The notes below the pieces were generated by a model. It was not told the DNA's origin and made no database searches. It saw only the letters and a list, made by a program, of their open reading frames with translations. Shown here piece by piece: positions 30,532 to 38,939 of a DNA stretch of 64,000 nt; position 1 is the stretch's first letter, and each line of letters begins with the position of its first letter. The DNA is from an uncultured Poribacteria bacterium (GTDB taxonomy: Bacteria > Poribacteria > WGA-4E > WGA-3G), in contig CATQHZ020000001.1 in NCBI GenBank assembly GCA_958296135.2, positions 3,584,001-3,648,000 on the forward strand, written 5' to 3'. The translations under genes were made by a program, and so were the position numbers.

Positions 30532-31970
30532 AGCGGGACTTTATGGAATCAACCAAAACGCCCTTCAAACGGTTCATTTTTATCCTCATTGATGGCGCGC
30601 CTTACGCAGTCTTCAAAGAGTTAGTAGAAAACGATGTGCTGCCAAACATCAAGAAACACGTGATTGCACGCGGATGCCTCAAAAAAGCGGTCTCCGTTTT
30701 TCCCTCAACAACCGGGCCCGCCTTCACACCGTTTTTTATGGGCCTGTTTCCGGGCACAGCGAACATCCCCGGTATCCGCTGGTTATCCAAGGCAGATTTT
30801 CAGAACCCGCACCGGTTCAAACGCCCGGGTGTCTGTAGTTACCTGGGCCTTGACGCGTTGGATTTCGAGGCTGATCTTCCGGTGAACCCGACACTGTTCA
30901 ACTTCTTCTCCCCGGTCAGCAACATTTACAATCCGCTTGCGCGCGGGTGCCCGCCTGACAAAAACCTGACGCGATGGGTGAAGCCGTTCGCTTATGCCTA
31001 TGCACATTTCTCACATCAATGGCGGTTCGTCAATCAGATTGCGGGCCGCCATCTTTGCAAAGCCGTGGAAGCCGGAGATAGATTTGTGATGTGCCTCTTC
31101 CCCGCAGTGGACACCTTCTCGCACCTCTCGCATACGCAATCACCCCAAGTGATTGAAACCTATCGTGAGATAGATGCCGCCGTTGAGAAAATCGCCGACA
31201 ATTTGCAAAAGACGAACGCGCTTGATGAAACGCTGATGCTGATAACGAGCGACCACGGTATGACGAACACGCACACCCACATCGATGTCGTGAAACAAAT
31301 GGACGATGCAGGCTGGCGATGCCTGCATTACCCGCGTTTATGGCGGCGCGGTGCAACAAGCGCAAGCATGGTATCCGGCAACGGAATGACACATCTCTAC
31401 TTTAAAAACGAAGGACCCGGCTGGGGAAAACGAACCTCTTTTGAACACCTCCAAAAAATGGGAGTCATTGAGGCACTCTTGGAACTTGAGGGATTAGCCT
31501 TAGTCGCCGGGCAAAGCCGCGAGGGAAGCATCATCGTTCAAAACCGAATCGGACGGGCGAAGATAACGTGTCAGGCAGGCACGTTTTCTTACCGATTTGA
31601 GCAGGCAGACCCGCTTGGATACGGCGTTTGTTATGACACATTGTCTTCCAGCGAAGTGCTGCGTCAGACTTATGACGCTGCTTATCCGGATGCAATCGTC
31701 CAATTGTGGCAAATCTTCCAGAGCAACCGAACCGGTGACCTGGTTTTGAGCGCAGCAAGCGGTTATGATTTACGCGCCCGTTATGAAATTCCGGAGCATC
31801 ACGCCACGCACGGTGCTTTGCTCGCTGAGCATTTGCATATCCCCCTCGCGATGAACGTGCCGATTGCCGAGACATGCATCCGGTCTGTTGACGTTTTCCC
31901 AACAGTTTTGAATTTGTGTGGCCGCGTTGTCGCGCAGGACCCGAAAATTGATGGAAAAATTGTCTATTGA
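30528..31970 (+). CDS. Alkaline phosphatase superfamily (nucleotide pyrophosphatase/phosphodiesterase-like) protein
   Basis: ILIDGA, SVFPSTTGPA, DTFSH, TSDHG, HATHG. Confidence 0.82.
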   Translation: MKRDFMESTKTPFKRFIFILIDGAPYAVFKELVENDVLPNIKKHVIARGCLKKAVSVFPSTTGPAFTPFFMGLFPGTANIPGIRWLSKADFQNPHRFKRPGVCSYLGLDALDFEADLPVNPTLFNFFSPVSNIYNPLARGCPPDKNLTRWVKPFAYAYAHFSHQWRFVNQIAGRHLCKAVEAGDRFVMCLFPAVDTFSHLSHTQSPQVIETYREIDAAVEKIADNLQKTNALDETLMLITSDHGMTNTHTHIDVVKQMDDAGWRCLHYPRLWRRGATSASMVSGNGMTHLYFKNEGPGWGKRTSFEHLQKMGVIEALLELEGLALVAGQSREGSIIVQNRIGRAKITCQAGTFSYRFEQADPLGYGVCYDTLSSSEVLRQTYDAAYPDAIVQLWQIFQSNRTGDLVLSAASGYDLRARYEIPEHHATHGALLAEHLHIPLAMNVPIAETCIRSVDVFPTVLNLCGRVVAQDPKIDGKIVY

Positions 31971-31988
31971 TGTGAAAAAAAAAAGAAT

Positions 31989-32017
31989 TTGACATTTACC
32001 ATAAATTGTGGTAATAT
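31989..32017 (+). promoter_or_regulatory. Sigma70-type promoter with an overlapping palindrome
   Basis: TTGACA-17 nt-TAATAT; TTACCA-N7-TGGTAA inverted repeat spans the spacer and -10. Confidence 0.7.
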
Positions 32018-32118
32018 ATAGTATCAGAATTTTTTAAACGCTTTGCTGCGACGCACGTCTTAAGTTGCAGAGAAAAGGCGAAATAGACTTCACAACCGAA
32101 AGATTTGGGATTTGAATA

Positions 32119-32280
32119 ATGCAGACGTTTGAACATACCACCTTATTTACCGCACACACCGACCGGGGCCTGTTCGCACCCGCTTCCTTACGGTATGGCT
32201 ATACCTACGCCTGGACGCTCTTTGCGCTCGGGGTGTATCTCTATTTGTACCTCGGCCGTGGGTGGTGTAAGGTTCGTTAG
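32119..32280 (+). CDS. Putative aromatic-amino-acid attenuation leader peptide (53 aa)
   Basis: MQTFEHTTLFTAHTDRGLFAPASLRYGYTYAWTLFALGVYLYLYLGRGWCKVR has 4 Phe, 6 Tyr, 2 Trp; upstream of a terminator and DAHP synthase. Confidence 0.7.
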   Translation: MQTFEHTTLFTAHTDRGLFAPASLRYGYTYAWTLFALGVYLYLYLGRGWCKVR

Positions 32281-32317
32281 CAATCACGTTTTGTTTTAAC
32301 CGATCCCATCGCTTATC

Positions 32318-32357
32318 ACCCAACGTCGAAACCCGTTCGATGTTGGGTATTTTTTTT
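32318..32357 (+). terminator. Intrinsic terminator (attenuator) upstream of aroF
   Basis: ACCCAACGTCGAA-ACCCG-TTCGATGTTGGGT stem followed by A and an 8-T run. Confidence 0.8.
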
Positions 32358-32522
32358 AACGGACTGGAGCGTAGCCGAGGTTCCGTAGGCGCGATTGCAA
32401 ATCATGCTTATAAAGCATGGAAACCGCACCTACCGGAAATTGGCGAATTCGCGTCCAGCCTATTGAATAGTTCGGCAGCGTTGGATGCAACGCAGTTATG
32501 TGTCGGAGGGACATTGGAAACC

Positions 32523-33539
32523 ATGGTAATCGTTACCAAGACAGATGCAACAGCGGAACAAATCGGCACTGTTGTCAAACGCATCGAGGCAGCGGGGTTG
32601 AAAGCGCAAATCTCGACCGGCGAACAACACACCGTCATCGGTGTTATCGGCGATAAATCGCTGCTCGGCGACATCCCGATCGAGTCAATGTCAGGCGTTG
32701 AACGGACAATGCCCATCACCGCCCCGTTCAAATTGGCGAGCCGTCAGTTTCGGGAGGAACCGACTATCGTTGCTGTCAACGGCACGAAGTTTGGTGGGAA
32801 GCAGCTCCCCGTCATCGCCGGCCCGTGTGCCGTAGAGAGCACGGAACAGATTGTCACTATCGCGAAGTTAGTGAAAAACGCGGGCGCGAGTTTCATCCGG
32901 GGCGGCGCATTCAAGCCGCGCACCGGCCCCTATAGTTTCCAAGGCTACGGCAAAAGCGCGCTCAAGATGCTCAAGGCCGCCAAAGAGGAAACCGGGCTCA
33001 GCATCGTCACCGAAGTCATGACACCGCACGAAGTGGAACTCGTCGGAGAATGGACAGACGTATTCCAGCTGGGGACGCGGAACATGACGAATTTCTACCT
33101 ACTACGTGAGATAGGTAGAGCCCAGAAGCCGGTTATCCTCAAGCGCGGTATGGCCTCAACGATTGAGGAATGGCTGCTCGCCGCCGAATACATCCTCGCC
33201 GAAGGAAATCCGGATGTGATTCTGTGCGAGCGCGGCATCCGCACCTTTGAGACGCACACCCGCAACACGCTCGACCTCAATGCAGTGCCGGTGGTTCACG
33301 AACTGAGTCACCTGCCCATCATCGTTGACCCGAGCCACGGCACCGGCATCCGGAGCCTCGTCAGCGATATGACGAAGGCTTCTGTCGCCTCCGGCGCGGA
33401 TGGACTGCTGCTGGAAGTACATCACGATCCAGATCATTCCATGACAGGAGATGGCGCGCAGTCGTTGTTCCCAGACCAGTTCACGCAGTTAATGCAGGAA
33501 CTGAAGCCGATTGCCATCGCTGTCGGCCGTGAGATATAA
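32523..33539 (+). CDS. aroF: DAHP synthase, type I-beta with N-terminal regulatory domain
   Basis: [38 protein letters not shown]. Confidence 0.95.
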   Translation: MVIVTKTDATAEQIGTVVKRIEAAGLKAQISTGEQHTVIGVIGDKSLLGDIPIESMSGVERTMPITAPFKLASRQFREEPTIVAVNGTKFGGKQLPVIAGPCAVESTEQIVTIAKLVKNAGASFIRGGAFKPRTGPYSFQGYGKSALKMLKAAKEETGLSIVTEVMTPHEVELVGEWTDVFQLGTRNMTNFYLLREIGRAQKPVILKRGMASTIEEWLLAAEYILAEGNPDVILCERGIRTFETHTRNTLDLNAVPVVHELSHLPIIVDPSHGTGIRSLVSDMTKASVASGADGLLLEVHHDPDHSMTGDGAQSLFPDQFTQLMQELKPIAIAVGREI

Positions 33540-33690
33540 GCGAATGGGGTTCGTAGCGCGAGGGCCCGTCCCTCGCGCTACGGTATCACGTGAGGCACGC
33601 GGCGGACAAGCCCCCGCTCTACGGTATTATACCAAATTAGGTTGATTTGGTATTAGGGCGGCTTAGCGAAAGAGGAAGGAGGAAAAATCC

Positions 33691-35250
33691 GTGGACGATT
33701 TTGAAGCGAACCAAGAACAAGAAAAAGTCTATATTTTCGATACTACACTGCGCGATGCCGAGCAAACGCCCGGTGCCGCACTGGGTATCGAAGAAAAACT
33801 GGAGATTGCAAAACACCTCGCCAAACTGAACGTGGATGTCATCGAGGCAGGCTTTCCTATCTCCTCACCCGGCGACTTTGATGCCGTGCAACGCATCGCG
33901 AACGAAGTAGAGGGCCCTGAGATTTGCGGACTCTCCCGCGTCGTGGAAAAGGACATCACGGCGGCGTGGAAAGCCATTGAGGACGCGCCGCGCGCCCGCA
34001 TCCATACTTTCGTCGGCACATCGCCGATTCACATGGGACGCATTACGCGCACAACACCGGAAGACACGCTGCGGATGGCTGTGGATGCAGTCGCTTACGC
34101 GAAGAGTTTGTGCACCAAACATCCGGATGCCACTGTTGAATTCTCGCCGATGGACGCAGGACGCACCGAACCGGCGTTCCTCTATAAAATTGTAGAAGCT
34201 ACCATCGCTGCTGGCGCAACCGTTGTCAATATCCCAGAAACCGTCGGCTGGACGGTGCCAGCTGAATTCGGAAACCTCATCGCGGGCATCAGAAAGCACG
34301 TCCCGAATATTGACGATGCCATTATCAGCATCCACTGCCACAACGATTTAGGGCTCGCCGTCGCGAACAGCCTTGAGGCGATTCAGCAAGGCGCACGACA
34401 GGTGGAGTGCACTATCAATGGGCTCGGCGAACGCGCCGGGAATACCTCGCTAGAAGAAGTCGTCATGGCAATCCGGACCCGGCGCGATTATTTCAAAGGA
34501 TACTACACCGACATTAACGCCAAAGAAATCGTGCCGATTAGCCGACGTGTAAGCCGCACGATGGGTATCGCGGTGCAACCCAACAAAGCCATTGTCGGCG
34601 CGAACGCCTTCGCGCATAGCTCGGGCATCCATCAAGACGGTATCATTAAATCGCGCGTCACCTTTGAAATCATCGATCCGAAGGAGATCGGCTGGAAGGA
34701 AAGCCAGTTGATTCTGAGCCCGCGTTCTGGACGGAACGCTCTCAAGCATCGCCTCAGCGAACTCGGTTACGAAGTGCCACCGGAGCAGTTAGACAAAGTC
34801 TACGAACGCTTCCTGAAGGTGGCAGACAAGAAAAAGGCCGTTCATGACGCAGACCTCGAGGCGATTATGAGCGACGAAATCCGAGCCGTGCCATCAGTCT
34901 TTGAGTTGGATTACATCCAGGTCGTGAGCGGTACCAAGATTTCGCCGACAACCACCGTCGGTGTTAAGACAGAGGATGGCGTTGTTGAAAACGCTTCTAC
35001 CGGCGACGGCCCCGTCGATGCCGCCTTCAAAGCAATAGGACAGATTGTCAACATTCAACTGAACCTGATTGACTATCAGATCCGTTCGGTAACGGAAGGC
35101 GAGGATGCCATCGGCGAGGTCTCGCTGAAAGTGCAGGACAACGGGCATATCATCACCGGCACCGGTGCAAGCACGGACATCATCGAAGCGAGTGCCAAGG
35201 CATATATCCATGCTGTCAATAAGTTGATTCAACTCCGCACGGAGCGGTAA
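33691..35250 (+). CDS. leuA: 2-isopropylmalate synthase
   Basis: IFDTTLRDAEQ, HCHNDLG, NGLGERAGN, GIHQDG, C-terminal regulatory domain. Confidence 0.95.
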   Translation: MDDFEANQEQEKVYIFDTTLRDAEQTPGAALGIEEKLEIAKHLAKLNVDVIEAGFPISSPGDFDAVQRIANEVEGPEICGLSRVVEKDITAAWKAIEDAPRARIHTFVGTSPIHMGRITRTTPEDTLRMAVDAVAYAKSLCTKHPDATVEFSPMDAGRTEPAFLYKIVEATIAAGATVVNIPETVGWTVPAEFGNLIAGIRKHVPNIDDAIISIHCHNDLGLAVANSLEAIQQGARQVECTINGLGERAGNTSLEEVVMAIRTRRDYFKGYYTDINAKEIVPISRRVSRTMGIAVQPNKAIVGANAFAHSSGIHQDGIIKSRVTFEIIDPKEIGWKESQLILSPRSGRNALKHRLSELGYEVPPEQLDKVYERFLKVADKKKAVHDADLEAIMSDEIRAVPSVFELDYIQVVSGTKISPTTTVGVKTEDGVVENASTGDGPVDAAFKAIGQIVNIQLNLIDYQIRSVTEGEDAIGEVSLKVQDNGHIITGTGASTDIIEASAKAYIHAVNKLIQLRTER

Positions 35251-35337
35251 GCTGCGATTCACCGGAAGTGGCTGCACAAGCCTCTTCCGGTTTTTAAGCG
35301 AATTGCCAACAATTGCGAGATATGGTAAATTGTCTCC

Positions 35338-35712
35338 ATGGCACAGACACGAATTGTCTATTATCGAGAAGCGAGCGGACAGATCCCAATGCAGCGATGG
35401 TTTAACGGTTTGCCAGAGGATTCACGTACAACCTGCCGCGAAGCAGTAGTCAAACTGCAGAAGTTAGGTAAGACACTTGGTTTTCCACACACGCACCCTC
35501 TGCGGGGCGGAATCCATGAACTTCGGGTGAGAGTGCGGAGACTCAGGTACCGGATATTCTACTTTTGGCACGGTGGGACTGTTGTTCTCACACACGGCAT
35601 CGCGAAGAAGAGCGCGGCTGTCCCCCGACGCGAAATAACTCGCGCGCTAAAACGCAAACGGCAGTTTGAGCAAAACCCGACGCTATATACTCAGGAGGTT
35701 GACAATGGGTGA
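35338..35712 (+). CDS. RelE/HigB-like (Gp49-type) toxin
   Basis: LGFPHTHPLRGGIHELRV..YRIFYF...LTHGIAKKS. Confidence 0.85.
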   Translation: MAQTRIVYYREASGQIPMQRWFNGLPEDSRTTCREAVVKLQKLGKTLGFPHTHPLRGGIHELRVRVRRLRYRIFYFWHGGTVVLTHGIAKKSAAVPRREITRALKRKRQFEQNPTLYTQEVDNG

Positions 35713-36538
35713 AAATAGGCAGATTACGGATGCGATTGAGATTATGGACAAACTCTATTTTACTCATCCGAGTCCCGAGACGCTGGCACTCCTAGACAAA
35801 GCGGAAATCAACGGCGAAATCGCGCAACATGTCTACGATTTACGCAGATGCAGTCAGCGAACCCGAGCGGAATTCGCGGAAATCGTCGGGCTTTTCCCCA
35901 GTGACATTGAAGATTTGGAGGAATCGGCTTATGAAGACAACCCGCTCGCGGTGCTAGCGCAGATTGAGAAGGCGTTCCTCAAATTCTTTGAGACATGGGG
36001 GACACCTGCCAAAACGCTCTACGCAAACGCGCTGCTCAACACGACGATAACCGGGTTTAAATTCAGGTATTTTCGTTACCATCTCGGAAGGACAGCACCT
36101 CTCAACGGCACTTGTGCAGTAAGAAAGCCCTCCCAGTCTCAAATTCTGAGGGAACCGCAAACGGTTCAATTCCTCCTTTCGGAGTTAGAACCGTGGCAGC
36201 ACTCACTCGGAATTACCCGAGACAAACTGACAATCTTCGCCCGCGCCGGCATCACGGAATGGTGCAACCTTGATGGCAATTTCTACATTGTGTTCACCGG
36301 TGATGCGAATGAGCACATTCGCGCCGTGGATGTCCACAAACAGGGCATCGATGCGCTCGTGCAATATCTCCGCACCGGCGAACGCACAGCCTTGAAACAG
36401 TGGCGGCAGGATATTGGGTTCCAGGAAGAATCCCGCTACGTCAGGGAGTTGGAAGAGGCACTCCGCGACAGGACGTTCGCCGAATTTCCGGATACAGAGC
36501 AGCTCGTGATGCATCTCGTCGCGTTTGTGAAGTCGTAA
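35705..36538 (+). CDS. HTH antitoxin-like protein with a long C-terminal extension
   Basis: Overlaps the toxin; IAQHVYDLRR..TRAEFAEIVG..SDIEDLE XRE-like HTH followed by about 180 unassigned residues. Confidence 0.7.
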   Translation: MGENRQITDAIEIMDKLYFTHPSPETLALLDKAEINGEIAQHVYDLRRCSQRTRAEFAEIVGLFPSDIEDLEESAYEDNPLAVLAQIEKAFLKFFETWGTPAKTLYANALLNTTITGFKFRYFRYHLGRTAPLNGTCAVRKPSQSQILREPQTVQFLLSELEPWQHSLGITRDKLTIFARAGITEWCNLDGNFYIVFTGDANEHIRAVDVHKQGIDALVQYLRTGERTALKQWRQDIGFQEESRYVRELEEALRDRTFAEFPDTEQLVMHLVAFVKS

Positions 36539-36609
36539 ACAAGTCTGACGCAGCCTCAACCCCGTAGGCGCGGTTTGTAACCGCGCCTACCAGGCCAAGG
36601 TTTGCAAGT

Positions 36610-36688
36610 CTTGACAACGTCAAGACGGCCTGTTAAAGGTGGTTCTACGCCAAGTCAACGTCAAACCACCGCTAGAAAATACGAAAAT
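36610..36688. repeat. 79-bp dispersed repeat, copy 1
   Basis: CTTGACAACGTCAAGACGGCCTGTTAAAGG...CGTCAAACCACCGCTAGAAAATACGAAAAT, colinear with 38382-38460. Confidence 0.75.
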
Positions 36689-38214
36689 TACCAATCTTCG
36701 ACTAACTGCACCAACAACCGCACGCCATAACCCGATGCCCCCTCAGGGATATAGGTAGAACCCTTCATTCCCCAAGCCGTGCCGGCGATGTCAAGATGCA
36801 CCCACGGGTAATCTTCGACGAACTTCTTCAAGAACGCACCGCCCGCAATCGTGCCAGCGGTGCCATCGCCGATATTCTGCACATCGGCAACTTTGCTCTT
36901 GATGCCCTCATCGTAATCGTCCCACAGCGGCAATTCCCAAACGCGCTCGTGCGTCTTTTCCGCGGCAGCCTTGACTTTGTCCATTAACGCCGGATCGGTG
37001 CCCATCGCGCCCGCAGCGACATGCCCAAGACACGTAATCACGGCACCGGTGAGCGTCGCCAGATCGATAACGCCTTGCGGGTTATACTGCGCTATCCATC
37101 CGAGGGCATCCGCTAAAACCAGCCGTCCTTCCGCATCGGTGTTGAGAATCTCGATTGTCTTCCCGCCGTAGGAAGTAACAACATCGCCCGGTTTAATCGC
37201 GGTGCCGCTCGGCATGTTTTCTGTCGCGGCGATAACACCGATAACATGCACGTTCGGTTTCAGCTGTCCGATCGCCTGCATCGCGCCGAGGACCGCGGCT
37301 GCACCCGACATGTCGTGTTTCATCTCGTGCATGCCTTTTCCAGCCTTGAGCGAAATCCCACCCGTATCAAAGGTGATGCCTTTCCCGACAAGGACGACGG
37401 TATCTTGCCCTGACACCGTAGCGCGGGAGCCTGTCCCCCGCGTTCCCTCACCTTCCGGAAGATACTCCAAAATGATAAACCGCGGTTCCTCAACGCTGCC
37501 TTGTGCGACAGCAAGGAGTGTGCGGAATCCTTTCTCCTCCAGCGTGGTCTTGTCAAACACTTCACAACGAAGCCCATTTTCGGCGGCGACATTCTCTGCC
37601 TTTTCGGCGAGTTGCACCGGTGTGAGATGGTTCGCCGGCTGATTGCTCAAATTGCGGGCGAGCATCGTACCCTCGGCGATGGTTTGACCGCGGTGAGCGG
37701 CGCGTTCCACCATCGGCCTGCTTGGCCCACTCTCAGCGAGAAAGGTGATGGAATCAAGCCGCTTCTCATCATCGTCTTCCTGCACGGTTTTGTGCTGATT
37801 GAATTGGTAAAGCGCGAGCAAAATCGCTTCCGCCGCTGCCTGAACCATATTCCCCGGGTCTGGGACTTCGTCGGGGATCAGGAACGTTGCGGTTTTCAAC
37901 CCCATGTCACGCACGGACTTCGCTGCGTGGCCGGCAACCTGTCGCACCTTTTCCACGGTCAACTCATGATATGCACCAAACCCTACCAAGAGGACGCGAG
38001 GCGCGGTCATTGCGCCGCGGGTATAGAGCAGACTCGTGCTTTTCATCTTGCCTTTGAAGTCACCCAGCTCTATCAATTCGCGAATGCGCCCGCCTAATGC
38101 CTCGTCGGCGAGGTGGAGGTATCCACTATAGAAATCGGGATTTTCTAGCATACCCATGACAACGACATCGGTTTCTTCTCTCCGAAAATCCCCAGTTTTG
38201 ACAGCAATGTTCAT
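36688..38214 (-). CDS. pepA: Leucyl aminopeptidase (M17)
   Basis: VGKGITFDTGG, MKHDMSGAA, NTDAEGRL, DLATLTG, HLDIAG. Confidence 0.96.
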   Translation of the reverse strand: MNIAVKTGDFRREETDVVVMGMLENPDFYSGYLHLADEALGGRIRELIELGDFKGKMKSTSLLYTRGAMTAPRVLLVGFGAYHELTVEKVRQVAGHAAKSVRDMGLKTATFLIPDEVPDPGNMVQAAAEAILLALYQFNQHKTVQEDDDEKRLDSITFLAESGPSRPMVERAAHRGQTIAEGTMLARNLSNQPANHLTPVQLAEKAENVAAENGLRCEVFDKTTLEEKGFRTLLAVAQGSVEEPRFIILEYLPEGEGTRGTGSRATVSGQDTVVLVGKGITFDTGGISLKAGKGMHEMKHDMSGAAAVLGAMQAIGQLKPNVHVIGVIAATENMPSGTAIKPGDVVTSYGGKTIEILNTDAEGRLVLADALGWIAQYNPQGVIDLATLTGAVITCLGHVAAGAMGTDPALMDKVKAAAEKTHERVWELPLWDDYDEGIKSKVADVQNIGDGTAGTIAGGAFLKKFVEDYPWVHLDIAGTAWGMKGSTYIPEGASGYGVRLLVQLVEDW

Positions 38215-38381
38215 AAATTCTCCTTAAGTTCAGAGCGCGAGGGCCCGGCGAGCGCGAATCGCCGAGGGTTCCCCTCGCGATGGTGATGAACGGGCGGATA
38301 GAGAATCCGCCCTTACAATGTGTGCTCGTTAGGCAGATATAGGCATCCGCGCCTATTTAAAATTGGATAAAAAACGTAAGG

Positions 38382-38460
38382 CTTGACAACGTTAAGACGG
38401 CCTGGTAAAGGAAGTCATTTTCCAAGTCTACGTCAAACTACCGCTAGGAAATACGAAAAT
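38382..38460. repeat. 79-bp dispersed repeat, copy 2
   Basis: Colinear with 36610-36688; overlaps the cupin stop codon. Confidence 0.75.
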
Positions 38461-38758
38461 GCCGCATCCCGGTTAAAACTAACAGCGGCTCCTCACTTGT
38501 GACGGTGAGAGAGTGGTAGGTGTTCGCGGGGACATCAATCCGGTCGCCGGGTCCAGCAGTGCCTTGTTCATCCGCTACTTCAACCTCCGCGGTCCCCGAT
38601 AACACACAAACAACCTCGTCTTGACTGTGGATGTAGTTGAGGTAGGCACCGCCGGGGCGGCCCGTCCATTCGTAGGCATCGAAGCCTTCGGAGTGCAACT
38701 GCTTTTTTAGCGCGTCAATATCCTCGCTTTGATCTGTCCAACGTGATTTCCAATTCAT
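38444..38758 (-). CDS. Cupin domain protein
   Basis: HSQDEVVCVLSG...GDRIDVPANTYH; AGGAGG RBS. Confidence 0.85.
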   Translation of the reverse strand: MNWKSRWTDQSEDIDALKKQLHSEGFDAYEWTGRPGGAYLNYIHSQDEVVCVLSGTAEVEVADEQGTAGPGDRIDVPANTYHSLTVTSEEPLLVLTGMRHFRIS

Positions 38759-38939
38759 CGCATATCCTCCTTAACTTCTCAGTTTTCGGTGGACGAAAGC
38801 CTCTTCCGGTAGGAGGGACCTCCTGGTCCCGATTAGGAGGAACCTCATCGGGCAGAGGCCTGTCCCCCGCAATCCCTCAAGGACGAAAGCCTCTTCTAGT
38901 AGGAGGGACCTCCTGGTCCCGATAGCAAACTGAATCGCC

